NCBI GenBank assembly: GCA_965198005.1
Contig: CBDAOI010000002.1
Coordinates: forward strand, 704,001-768,000
Direction: 5' to 3'
Length of the DNA: 64,000 nucleotides
From: Spirochaetia bacterium
GTDB lineage: Bacteria; Spirochaetota; Spirochaetia; SZUA-6; Bin103
The notes beneath the pieces were generated by a model that saw only the letters and a program-made list of their open reading frames with translations, had not been told where the DNA came from and searched no databases. Of the stretch, positions 1-10,900 are shown piece by piece; the first letter of the stretch is position 1; the number at the start of each line of letters is the position of its first letter. The translations under genes were made by a program, and so were the position numbers.

Positions 1-262
1 GGTTGGCGGATCGGCCGCGCCCGGACCCGCCGGTCATGCAGGAGATCATCAGCGGCAGGCGCAACGTTGCGTGCAGAAACGGTTGGGTCGTGTCCACCCG
101 GGCGCTGTCCAACTCCGGCAGTGCCTGGTGCAGGAACTGCACCTGATCGAGGCTGGTGCCCATGGGTGCGGGATCGGGGTAGCGTTGATCGTCGAGACAG
201 ATGTCGAGATGATGCTCCTTGCGGAGCGCAATCTCGGTGTCTCCGGAGCGTTGCGCAGTCAT
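1..262 (-). CDS. fni: Type 2 isopentenyl-diphosphate delta-isomerase, N-terminal part (runs off window)
   Basis: Manual translation from ATG 262: MTAQRSGDTEIALRKEHHLDIC...QFLHQALPELD...PLMISCMTGG, the IDI-2 N-terminal motifs; 4 bp downstream of HMG-CoA synthase. Missing from the ORF track. Confidence 0.9.
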   Translation of the reverse strand, partial: MTAQRSGDTEIALRKEHHLDICLDDQRYPDPAPMGTSLDQVQFLHQALPELDSARVDTTQPFLHATLRLPLMISCMTGGSGRGRSAN

Positions 263-266
263 TCCC

Positions 267-1544
267 TCACCCGCCCCGGAGCCCATACACGCGGTACCCG
301 TCGGCACGAACCTCCTGCAAGTAGAAGCTGCGCGCGGGGATCTCGGTCTCCAGCGGCCCCCCATGACCGGGCGCAGTACTGCGACGGCCGGCGACCCATG
401 CGTCGTAGTCAGCCATCGATGCCTCTTGGCCGTGGTTCAGCAGGTGGTCCAGGGACCAGCCGCGAATAACCGCCGGAGCCTGCCGGCTCACGCGTCCGGA
501 AAACGCCAGCGCCGTGTTGCCGGAACCGTAGGCTGCCATGGTGATCCGCTTGCCCACCACGGCGGATTGCAGTTCCCGGCAGCGTGCCGCCAGCAGCGCC
601 GCCAAGCTCAGGAACATCGCTCCGGTGTACACGTTGCCCACCACCGCCGCCGGTTCGGTTCCGGCCTTGAAGTGACGCCGCGCCAGAAAAGCGCTGGTGG
701 CGGCGGAGTCCGTGCCCAGATAGCGCTGCACCAGATCGGCCATGGTTTCCTCCGGCAGCGAACGAAACGGCACGTGCAACGCGAACAGATCGGTCTCCAC
801 CAGCAACTCCGGCATGCTGCGCCCGGTGCGGGCGCACAGATCGAGCAGCGCCTCCTCGACCGTGGTCTGGTAGCACTCGATGGAGAAGCGGCCCTTTACC
901 TGGGCCGTAAGCGATCCGAGGGGGCGAAAGAAGTCGTCTACGTCGTGCGAGGAATAGCCTACCTCTCCCAAGTCAATGGCAAGCAGGCGCGGCGCGGGTT
1001 CGGCCAGGATGGCCACCGCCGCCGCACCCTGCGTGATCTCCGCCTTGCTGCCCGGCGCGTAGCGCGCTTCGTCGGTGCAGATGATCAGACCGCGCTCCCC
1101 ACCGGCACGACTCGCGCCCAGCATGGCGCCCACGCTCAACAAGGCGATCGCACCGCCGGCGCAGGCGTGTTTGACGTCGAAGGTGGAGATCGCTTGGGAA
1201 ATCGGAAAGCCGGCACGCTGCAGCATTCCGTGGACGTAGGCGGCAATCGGCTTGGCTTGGTCGATGCCGGTCTCGGTGCCCACCACCAAGTAGCGCAACG
1301 AGGCGACGGCGGCGGCATCCAGCCGTACCAGGAGTTGAGCCGCCGCCTGCGCGGCCATGGTCGCAGTGTCCTCCCAGCAATGCGGGAAGCGGATCGACAC
1401 TTGGCCGGTTCGGCCCCGTGCGCGCTCCAGCGCAATCGCCCGCTGCGGGTCCTGCCGCCGGTGACGTGCAATGATCGTATTGAGCGGTATTTTTGGTCGC
1501 GGGATGTGAACGCCGATGTCGCCGATCCCGAGTGTCGCCTGCAT
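267..1544 (-). CDS. mvaS: Hydroxymethylglutaryl-CoA synthase
   Basis: Motifs VGTET, DVKHACAGG (catalytic Cys), EITQGAAAVA, DFFRP, HVPF, VGNVYTG, YGSG; start placed at MQATLGIGDIG. Confidence 0.9.
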   Translation of the reverse strand: MQATLGIGDIGVHIPRPKIPLNTIIARHRRQDPQRAIALERARGRTGQVSIRFPHCWEDTATMAAQAAAQLLVRLDAAAVASLRYLVVGTETGIDQAKPIAAYVHGMLQRAGFPISQAISTFDVKHACAGGAIALLSVGAMLGASRAGGERGLIICTDEARYAPGSKAEITQGAAAVAILAEPAPRLLAIDLGEVGYSSHDVDDFFRPLGSLTAQVKGRFSIECYQTTVEEALLDLCARTGRSMPELLVETDLFALHVPFRSLPEETMADLVQRYLGTDSAATSAFLARRHFKAGTEPAAVVGNVYTGAMFLSLAALLAARCRELQSAVVGKRITMAAYGSGNTALAFSGRVSRQAPAVIRGWSLDHLLNHGQEASMADYDAWVAGRRSTAPGHGGPLETEIPARSFYLQEVRADGYRVYGLRGG

Positions 1545-1668
1545 CAATGAAACCCGCCGCCCGTTAGTCCCATGCCATTCAAATCTCCCTCCAAACAGAG
1601 TGAAAAACAAAACACTGTTTGTCAACAAAAATGCGTAGCCTCGGGACACATTTTTGGGTCCATACAGG

Positions 1669-1697
1669 TCGGGAATTCGGGTGTACGTTTCAGGAAG
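1669..1697. promoter_or_regulatory. Candidate LytTR-type direct-repeat operator upstream of mevalonate operon
   Basis: TCGGGAA (1669) and TCAGGAA (1690), 21 bp period; the same motif clusters upstream of the LytTR gene. Confidence 0.45.
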
Positions 1698-1846
1698 TTA
1701 CTCTAGCTCATATTCCCGTTCTTCAGGTTCCTGAATTGATGTTTTGTTCCTGGTATTGTCTGTTAACTTCGGGAAACCGGGACGACCACAAACCGGCGGC
1801 GCGAATTCGCTCGACGGATCTGAAAAGCGATTGGAGAACCCGCGAA

Positions 1847-2941
1847 TTACTCTACCGGCGAGCTACTCGAGCGAGCCTCGCCTTTCTGCGCTGCGGAATT
1901 CGACGATTTTTCAATGAAGTCACGAACGGCGGGAAGAAATGGGTGGCTTACCGGTATTTCGTAACCGTCGGTAAGGCACAGCAGCATCCGGTGATCGCGT
2001 CTCACCAGATGCCGGATGTGCCGAGACGCCACCCAGTAGGATCGATGAATCCGCATCCCGCAATCGCCGAGTGCGGCGACCGCGTCCGCCAGCCGCATCA
2101 AGACGACGACCGAACCGGACGTCGTGACCACTTCAAGGTAGTGCCCGGACACGTGTACGTATACGACATCCTGCCCCACCGGTTCCGGCAGGCTCTCCAG
2201 GAGCCGCTGCGCTTCAACCGGGCGGATGTGAAGCGCGGCGTGTCGCGGCTGCTTGCCCTCGACTGCGTCGTCGCTGTCGCGATGCGCATCAGCATCCGGT
2301 TGCTGCGCGTCCGCTGAACCACTCGAATCGTCAACGGTTGCCCGCTCGCCCTTGTCGGCGAGTCCCTCCGCGGGTCCAGGGAGAGGAATCTCGTCACCGT
2401 TGGTGTCCTGACGATCAGCGGAGGAGCCTGCAGATACATCGTCCGGAGCAGGTTGAGCGGGGGTCGTGCTGTCCTTGAGAGCAAGCAGGTCGCGACGGCC
2501 GAGACGCAGCAGGAGCACGTAGAATATCAGCGCCGCGGTCCAGAGCAAATTCATGGCGTTTGCGACGTAGAGCTCCAGCATTCCGTCACCGGGCGCGCGG
2601 CCCTCGTGCAGCAAAGCATACCCAGCGTACATGATCGCGGTGCAGAGTACAGCCACAATCGGAGCGGCAACTGCAAGTACCGCCATGCTCTGGAACTTTG
2701 AGCGGAACCTCGACAGATAGAGCAACAGGGCACCACAAGAGTAGCAAATGAGCAGGTCCGAGCAGCCGACGAAAACCGAGAATCCCAGGCGCTGGAGCGC
2801 GCTCATCGTGTGCGTCAGGTCCATAGGGTCCCACAACGTGAACAACGCCGTGAGTACTACGATGATGGAGAGAGCAAGCGGGAGCATGCTCAGTTTCAAT
2901 AGCTCTTGATACGCGTAGCGCATCTCCACATGGCGGTTCAT
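1847..2941 (-). CDS. Membrane-anchored LytTR-family DNA-binding protein
   Basis: About four hydrophobic N-terminal segments, acidic linker, C-terminal LytTR motifs (SGHYLEVVT, MRLADAV, RIHRSYWV, IPVS). Confidence 0.85.
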   Translation of the reverse strand: MNRHVEMRYAYQELLKLSMLPLALSIIVVLTALFTLWDPMDLTHTMSALQRLGFSVFVGCSDLLICYSCGALLLYLSRFRSKFQSMAVLAVAAPIVAVLCTAIMYAGYALLHEGRAPGDGMLELYVANAMNLLWTAALIFYVLLLRLGRRDLLALKDSTTPAQPAPDDVSAGSSADRQDTNGDEIPLPGPAEGLADKGERATVDDSSGSADAQQPDADAHRDSDDAVEGKQPRHAALHIRPVEAQRLLESLPEPVGQDVVYVHVSGHYLEVVTTSGSVVVLMRLADAVAALGDCGMRIHRSYWVASRHIRHLVRRDHRMLLCLTDGYEIPVSHPFLPAVRDFIEKSSNSAAQKGEARSSSSPVE

Positions 2942-2954
2942 ACATCACTCCCAT

Positions 2955-3047
2955 TCGGGGACTCTACCGAGCAAATCAGGAATACAGGAATAGCGGGCGA
3001 CATGACTCGACTAATTCGGGAATCCGGGTCCCGAGGAATCGGGAATT
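2955..3047. promoter_or_regulatory. Cluster of TCRGGAA-like repeats upstream of LytTR gene
   Basis: Motif copies at about 2955, 2976, 3016 and 3039. Confidence 0.4.
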
Positions 3048-3369
3048 GCTTGGATACCACTCATCATTCTCATTATTGACGATGCGACACGGATCGTCAA
3101 TAGCGCGCACTGCTCTTGCTTCATTGCTTCACCCGAAATCTACACGAACGGAACTTGCGTACCACCTCTGTCTCTGTCGATAACCTGCCGGACCACGATC
3201 AATCACCGGCAGGCACGGTAGAATGCAGCATGAGTCGGCACATTCACTCCGTGACACCCAAGACGACGCGATTCGATGCACGGGCATCCTCCAATGCCCG
3301 GCACTTTCGGGGCAGTGACCGGTTCGGATTCGACGCGCCCGATTGCCTGGGCCGGCGCAGCGGATCCTG

Positions 3370-3640
3370 CTAACGGTTGACGCGAGGCCGGTCGATTACC
3401 CGCGCAAGCTGCAGCACGGCCGGTTCCATGGCGCCCTCCGGCACGGCGGCGTAGCCCAGGTGCAGCCCCGGCCGCGCCCCCGGTCCCAGCCAGTACGGGG
3501 ACAGAGGCCGCAGCGCGAGGCCGGCGCGCCGGCCGGCTTCGGCGACGGCGCAGTCGTCCACGCCATCGGCCAGCCACGCCGCCACCTGCATCCCCGAGTC
3601 GGTCGGCGCGAGCTCCAGCAGCCCCGCCAGATGCCTGCCC
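3370..3640 (-). pseudogene. C-terminal remnant of MocR/GabR (GntR-PLP aminotransferase) regulator
   Basis: SGMQVAAWL...GLALRPLSPYW...PGLHLGYAAVPE is the typical MocR C-terminus; the N-terminal part is absent. Confidence 0.7.
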
Positions 3641-4213
3641 TCTCGGTCAAGTGGTAGGTAGTCATCGATGCTCTGGTCGTCGCTGGCGTTACGCGACTCG
3701 CGCCATACTCCGAGTAGCCCAGTCGAGGGAGATGCCGAAGCTACCGTCAGCGCAACCATGGGCTCATCGCCACTTGCGCCGAGAGCAGCGACTTCTGGCG
3801 GCACGCTACGGCCCGGCGCGGCGGTCAGGCGACGGCGGCCGCCGTTCACCCAGATGGTGGTCGAGGGCTGCCCGGAGCACGTTTGTGAGTCGGCGCTGGT
3901 GCGCATGGACGCCGGCTCCCGACTCCCGACAGCCAGACGCTCAAAGGGCCTGGAGGCGGGGGCGCCGACTACGTGCTAACAGGCCGAGAAATCGGAGCAC
4001 GCGCGGACCCGCCGTGGGCTTCCTAGATCGCACGTATCGCACGTCATCACACAGGAGGCAGAGCATGTCGTCAGCGGCCGTGCCTGGGAGAGCCGGACAG
4101 CCACTGGAGTTGACGAGGGATGCGGTACGTAGTATTGTACGTAGGATACGGCGACTATACGGTTAATACGTATATTGTACAGTGCGTATATCTAGCAGAT
4201 CAGAGGGCAACGA

Positions 4214-4712
4214 ATGAGCGAACGATTTGAGATGCGTCTCGAAACGGAGATGCTTGAGCTTATCGATGGGTGGCGCGGCAGCCAAGGAGACTTACCGTCA
4301 CGGGCAGAAGCCGTGCGGCGGCTTGTCAACGCCGGATTGGGTAAGGGTACGGAGTTCACCATCAGTGATGGAGACAGACTCATTATTTCGCTGTTGAGCG
4401 ACCTTATGAAGCATGCACAAGTCGATACCGACTTGGACATGGAGCTAATCCAGGAGTTGATCAGTAGCGGCCAATTGTGGGCGTTGAACGAAGTATACCC
4501 TGGGCTATTTGCCGCGAACCGGTACACGGATTCGCGTTCGTGCGCATCAGCGCCAGCCCTTCGGTGATTTCGCAGGTCGCGATCTCGACGCGCATGTGCC
4601 GATGCTCGACACCTATCGGCGAATGGTCCCGATATTCCGTCCCATGGTAGCGCCGCTGGTGTACCTGACCGCAGACCAGATTATCGAGCTGTTGCGGGCT
4701 ATGGTACGGTAG
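4214..4712 (+). pseudogene. Ribbon-helix-helix + YfbU-like protein, disrupted
   Basis: N-terminus ERFEMRL...SRAEAVRRLV (RHH); YfbU-like tail FAGRDLDAHVPMLDTYRRM lies in another frame after ~4550, with the middle apparently deleted. Confidence 0.6.
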
Positions 4713-4736
4713 CAGCCGGTATCAGGAGAAACACGC

Positions 4737-6334
4737 ATGAGGCGCAGGAAGCCGCCCAGGCGCTCGGATAACTACCGTCACCCGGAGGCGGAAGCGCTGC
4801 TGCGGCCGGATATCGGCATACAGCCGCAGTTTCGCAAGAAGAAACCGTCCACCACTTATCGTTACGACTCTTCGCTGTCGCCGTCGCTCGAATGGGATGG
4901 GCAGAATCCGGCACGGGAGCCAGGCGAGGCGAAGATTGCTGCACTGGAGGGGCACATCGCGGGCCTGTCAGAGATTCTCGACCCTGCCGGGACCGAGCCG
5001 TTGTCGGAGGAGGATCGCAGCTCGGCACGGCGCGAGCTTGCCAACGCACGGCAGCAGCTCGCCGAACTGCGGGCGCTGTGCAAACCGTTCCTCAACTGGG
5101 CCGGCAAGGCCGAGCGGCTGTCCTTCGAGGTTCCCACGCTGCCGCTGTTTGTGCACGAGCGGTTGTCCACCGCCGCCATCCTGGAGACGCTGAAGGGGCA
5201 TCGGCGCGACGACCGGCCGACGCAGTTCGAGTTGTTCGGCGAGAGCGATCTGCCGATTCACGACCGGTTGCTCAAAGCCTACGAGCATCGCAATGGGTGG
5301 GTGAATCGGCTGATCCTCGGTGATTCGCTGGTGGTGATGAACTCGTTGCTCGGATTCGAGGGGCTTGGCGGACAGGTGCAGACGATCTACATGGACCCGC
5401 CCTACGCGTTCGGTGAAGTTTCCGGCTCCGGCCGATTGGGGCGATGACGAGACTAACCAGGATGCGTCACATGATGACGGCTACGACGATCACGTCGAGC
5501 GCATGATCGAAGTGCTGAGACGCTCACCCGTGCTGCGTCTCGGCGCTGGACGCACGGTCACCCTCTCCGGAGTGCGCGGCCCCGCGCGCACTATCAGCCT
5601 CTCGGCGGAGGCGAAGATCGAAGGCGACGGCGAACAGATTGCCGCCATCGTCTTCGGTCCCGAGAACGGCGCCGTGTCGCAGAATCTCGTGTTCGAAGCT
5701 GCGAAAGAGGCGAACGTCAAGGGATACCGGCCACCTGTATGTGTTCGGCTTTGCCATTCAACCGGATGCAAGGAGCCTCATCGAACTCAGCGATCGTGCG
5801 CTCGGTCATTCCAGCCACCTACGTGCAAGCGAGCCCCGATCTCACGATGGGCGACCTGCAAGGAGCCTCATCGAGCTCAGCGATCGCGCGCTCAAGAACA
5901 TGCGATCTCACGATGGGCGATCGAACATGCGCTCAAGCCAGATCTTCTCGGTCTGCGGACTGCCCGAGGTACGGATCGAGCGAGCCGACGATCATGCGTA
6001 CCGCGTCCATCTGTCCGGGCTCGACGTATTCGATCCCGCCACCATGGAGACCGATCATCGCGACGGCGCCGACGTGCCGGCCTGGTTCCTGGACACCGAT
6101 TACAATGGCCTCTGCTTCCACGTGTGTCAGGCGTTTTTCCCGCGAACGTCGGCCTGGGAGGGACTCAGGAATTCGCTCCGGGGCGACTTCAAGCCGAGCG
6201 TCTGGCAACATCTCTCCGGGACGATCAGCGAGCCGTTTGCCGCGGGCACGCACGAGCAGGTCGCCGTGAAAGTGGTCGACGACCGGGGCAACGAACTGCT
6301 GGTAGTGAAGCACCTTGCGGAAGCCGACATATGA
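4737..6334 (+). pseudogene. Type III-like site-specific DNA methyltransferase (Mod), fragmented
   Basis: NRLILGDSL...IYMDPPY (5391-5405), then an abrupt jump lacking the SAM-binding motif; frameshifts and scrambled duplications at 5720-5935; conserved tail WFLDTDY...VAVKVVDDRGNE. Confidence 0.85.
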
Positions 6335-7983
6335 TTCGGTCGGTTCGCATTCGCGGCTTCAAGCGATTCCGGGAGGTGGAGTTCCGCCTGCCCGGACACG
6401 TCGTGCTCGCTGGCCCCAACAATACCGGCAAGACCACCCTCTTGCAGGCGATCGCGTCGTGGGCACTCGCGCTGCGACGCTGGCGTGAGCTAAACGACTT
6501 CAATCGCCGAAACGCATACCGGAAGGTGCCCATCGCCCGGCAGGCGTTTGCAGCGGTGCCGCTGGGCAGCTTCGACCTGTTGTGGACCGACCGTCGTTAC
6601 CGTGGGCAGATCGAGATCGAGTTGCGCCACGACGCGGGGTGGGCAGTGACGATGGAGTTCATCGCCGACAGCACCGAGCAGATCTACGTACGACCGGCCT
6701 GGAATTCCTCGGGCAACCTGCGAGAGATCGACCTGCAAGCGGTATTCGTGCCGCCGATGACCGGGCTTGGTACGGATGAACCGCTGTTGCAGTGGCCCAA
6801 GATCGAGCAACTTCTCGGCCTTGGACGTCCGGGGGAGGTGCTGCGCAACCTGCTCGCCGACGCAAACCGCGACCAGATGGCGTGGGAGGCTCTGCAGACA
6901 ACCATCGGCAAGCTGTTCGGGTATCGGCTGCTGCCTCCCGACACCAGCGCCGCACATATCCGGGCAGAGTACCAGACGACCGAGCAGGAGATGCCGCTCG
7001 ACGTGGCGAGCGCGGGCAGCGGCTTCCAACAGGTGTTGATGCTGCTGGCGTTTCTCCATACCCGGCAGGGCGCGGTCTTGCTGCTCGACGAACCGGATGC
7101 GCACCTGCACATGATCCTGCAAGATGCCATCTACCATGAGCTGAGAAGCACCGCCGCACGTAACCGTTCGCAGCTCATCGTCGCCACTCATTCCGAAGTA
7201 GTCATCAACTCGGTCGAGCCGCGTGAGCTTGTCGTCACGTTGAGCCAGCCGCGGTTGGTTGCCGACAACGACGTGCGTAGTCGCCTCATTTCTTCGTTGC
7301 GCGTGCTGAGCAACGCAGACGTTACACAGGCTCTGGACGTACGCGGGATCCTGTACGTCGAGGACTACACCGATATCAACATCCTGCGCGCGTGGGCGGA
7401 GACGCTGCAACACCGGGCGTTGGGGCTGCTGACGACGGAAGTGATGTGGAAGCCGATCGCGTTTCACACGCAGCAGGGGCGTCCGGGCCGGGGGATCACC
7501 GCACGGGAGCACTTCGCCGCGCTGCAACTGGTGCGCGCCGACCTGCCCGGACTGGAGCTGCTCGACGGCGACGCACACCAGGAGATTGAGGCCACTCCCA
7601 TCACCGGGAGCGGACTACAGCGTCTGCGCTGGCGGCGCTACGAGATCGAGAGCTACTTGCTTCATCCGGAAGCACTTGCGCGATTCGTTGCGGAACAGGT
7701 CGGGACGAGCGTCGCACGGCAGCACATCGATGACATGCTCACGTGGTGGCGAAGAGAACTACCGCCCGCGGTGGCGGAGGAACCACTCGCCGACCATCCG
7801 TTCCTGAATCGCACCAAGGCGCGCACCGAACTCCTGCCACCGCTGCTGGAAGCCGCCGAGATCTTCGGATTGCCGTACACCCGCTACCATGAAATCGCCG
7901 CGCTGATGCTCCCCGAAGAGGTCCACCCCGAAGTGAGCGAGAAGCTCGACGCGATCTGCCGAGCGTTCGGAGTGCAGCCGTGA
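6331..7983 (+). CDS. ABC-type ATPase fused to TOPRIM-like domain (OLD/PARIS-like putative defence nuclease)
   Basis: Walker A GPNNTGKT, signature AGSGFQQ, Walker B LLLDEPDAHLH, ATHS; then LYVEDYTD, LLDGD, YEIESYL. Its ATG overlaps the mod stop; its stop overlaps the res GTG. Confidence 0.85.
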   Translation: MIRSVRIRGFKRFREVEFRLPGHVVLAGPNNTGKTTLLQAIASWALALRRWRELNDFNRRNAYRKVPIARQAFAAVPLGSFDLLWTDRRYRGQIEIELRHDAGWAVTMEFIADSTEQIYVRPAWNSSGNLREIDLQAVFVPPMTGLGTDEPLLQWPKIEQLLGLGRPGEVLRNLLADANRDQMAWEALQTTIGKLFGYRLLPPDTSAAHIRAEYQTTEQEMPLDVASAGSGFQQVLMLLAFLHTRQGAVLLLDEPDAHLHMILQDAIYHELRSTAARNRSQLIVATHSEVVINSVEPRELVVTLSQPRLVADNDVRSRLISSLRVLSNADVTQALDVRGILYVEDYTDINILRAWAETLQHRALGLLTTEVMWKPIAFHTQQGRPGRGITAREHFAALQLVRADLPGLELLDGDAHQEIEATPITGSGLQRLRWRRYEIESYLLHPEALARFVAEQVGTSVARQHIDDMLTWWRRELPPAVAEEPLADHPFLNRTKARTELLPPLLEAAEIFGLPYTRYHEIAALMLPEEVHPEVSEKLDAICRAFGVQP

Positions 7984-10900
7984 ACGTGCACGAAGTTCCG
8001 GAGCCGATCCTCAACTCGCCATTCGTGGAACCGAGGGAGTACTGGCGGATCACGGAGCACGAGCCACCTCAGCGGGTGCCCGGCCGCCGTCCGGCCATGT
8101 ACTTCTACCGTCCGCCCGGGCACGAGTCGTCCTCTGAGCAGCAGGGAATCGGAACGGCCATCGGACTCAAGCTGGTCAACCGGATCCGTACCCAGCTTGC
8201 CGAATGGCGGCCGCTGGCGCTGCGCGGCGAGGGCGGCGTGACCCGTACCACCATGGAGTTGCTGCGCTACTGGCGGCGCGAAGGGCGCAAACACCGCCTG
8301 TTCTTCGCCCAGCTTGAAGCCGCCGAAACCGTGATCTTCCTGACCGAGGCACGCCCGGACCTCCTGCAGGGGATCGAGGTCCCGCTCGACGAACCGGGTT
8401 CGGAGGCGCAGGCGAAGGGTCTCCGTGCCTTCCGGCGCTACGCCTGCAAGATGGCAACCGGTACCGGCAAGACCACCGTCATGGGCATGCTTGCCGCGTG
8501 GAGCATCCTCAACAAGGTCGTTGCCCGTGGGGATCGCCGCTATTCGGATACCGTGTTGGTCGTGTGTCCGAACGTTACGATTCGCAATCGGCTGGAAGAA
8601 CTCAAGCCGCAGGGCGGCGAGGCCAGCTTGTACCGCACACGCGATCTGGTACCGCCGCATCTCATGTCTTCCCTGGCGCAGGGCAGCGTGCTGGTGATGA
8701 ACTGGCACGTGTTCGAGCCGAAGAGTGCGCACGCCGACGGCCAGTCCGCCCGGGTGATCCGCGCCGGCCAGGAGATTCGGACGCGCGAGACGATCCGCAT
8801 TGGCGCAAGATCGGCCACCATGCGCGGGTCGCGCTATCTGACGCTGGATGATCTGAAACGGCAGGTGGAACTTGGAATGATTACGGTCCTTGGCGAACAA
8901 CACGAGCGGCAAGGGGCCCTCAAGTCGGTCACCGTAGAGTCGGTTCGATACGTGGAGAGCGATAGCAAACTGGTTGAACGTGTGCTCGCACGCGAAGTGG
9001 GAGGCAAGGGGAACATCCTCCTGATGAATGACGAAGCGCATCACGCCTACCGGATTCGGCACGCGGAGCCGGACGAGGGCGAGGAGGATCTGTTCGGTGA
9101 TTCCGAACAGAGCGAGGAGTTCTTTCGCGAATCGACGGTCTGGGTCGACGGTCTGGATCGCATCCACAAACTGCGCGGCATCAACCTTTGCATCGACCTG
9201 TCCGCGACCCCCTACTACCTTGGGCGGGTTGGACAGGATGCGAACCGGCCGTTCCCCTGGGTGGTGAGTGATTTCGGACTGGTGGACGCTATCGAGTCAG
9301 GGCTGGTGAAGATACCGCAGCTCGCGGTGCGTGACACCAGCGGCGCCGCAATCCCCGGCTACTTCAATATCTGGCGGTGGATTCTGCCCCGGCTCACCCC
9401 CGCCGAACGCGGCGGCCGTCGGGGCAGCGCGAAGCCGGAAGCGATCCTCAAGCATGCGCACGTTCCGATCGCGATGCTCGGCGGGCTGTGGGAGCTGCTT
9501 CGCCGCGAGTGGGGACGTCGCCACGAGTCGGACCGACCGCCGGTGTTCATCATCGTGTGCAAGAACACCGCGCTCGCCAAGGTCATCCATCGCTGGCTGG
9601 GCCATGACGAGGCGCCGGTCGGGATTCCGCCGGCACGTCTTGATGGACTGCGCAACACCGATGGAGACAACTATACGATTCGCGTGGACTCCAAGGTCGT
9701 GCAGGAGTCGGACGGCGGCGAGGCCCGGTCCGACGCGGACCGTTGGATGCGCTTGACGCTCGATACCATCGGCAAGACGGCATGGCCACAAGACGCTCAG
9801 GCGCGCCCCCTCTATCCCGAGGGCTTCGAGGCCCTTGCCGACAAGCTTGGCAAGCCCCTGCATCCACCGGGCCGCGACGTGCGTTGCATCGTCAGCGTCG
9901 GCATGCTCACCGAAGGGTGGGACTGCAACACGGTCACCCATATCATCGGTCTGCGGCCGTTCATGTCGCAATTGCTGTGCGAGCAGGTGGTGGGCAGGGG
10001 GTTGCGCCGGTTGAGCTATGCAGTCGAGCAAGACGGCAGACTCGGCGAGGAGGTGGCCAAGATCTTCGGCGTGCCGTTCGAGGTCATCCCACTGAAGACC
10101 AACCCTCCCGGCGTGCCGAAGCCACCGCCGCAGACATGGCGCATCCGCGCCCTGCCGGAGCGCGCCGATCTCGAGATCCGGTTCCCTCGGGTCGAGGGCT
10201 ACACGGCTCGAATCCGCAATCGAATCCGCGTCGACTGGGACAGCATCGCGCCGCTGACACTCGATCCTCTCCACATTCCGCCCGAGGTCGAGATGAAGGC
10301 AGGCCTGCCGAGCAACACGGGGCGACCGTCCTTGATCGGCCCTGGGCGGCTCGAGCAGGTCGATCTCAACCCGTACCGTAGAGGTCGGCGCCGGCAGCGG
10401 CTGGTCTTCGAAATGGCACGCGATCTCACCCGCAGCTATCGTGAGTCGCCCGACTGTGCAGCCCCGGCCCACGTGCTGTTCCCTCAACTGGTGACCGCGG
10501 TGCAGCGCTACCTCGACCAGAAAGTGCGTCCTATCGCACCGGCGAAAGAGGTCGATGCGTTCCTCTCACCCTGGTATGGGTGGCTCCTGGAACGGCTCCT
10601 GGAGGCGATCCATCCGGAGGCAGACGGCAACGACAAGTCCGAGTCACCGCGCTACGAAACCAACCGCGGACCTGGATCCACGGAAGAGGTGGACTTCGAG
10701 ACCCGACGCGAGCCCTACCCGGTGACCAAGAGTCACGTCAACGCCGTGGTGCCCGACACCGCCAAGTGGGAGCAATCGGCGGCCTACCAGATAGATCGCA
10801 ACAACCATGTGAGGTCATTCGTCAAGAATGCGGGCCTCGGGTTTGCCATCCCCTATCTGCACAACGGCGAACATCACGAATATATTCCCGACTTCATTAT

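Noticed and set aside
5365-7983. 872-aa ORF as a single Mod-ATPase fusion
   Set aside because: The first third is part Mod fragment and part off-frame text created by frameshifts; the ATPase starts at ATG 6331, overlapping the mod stop.
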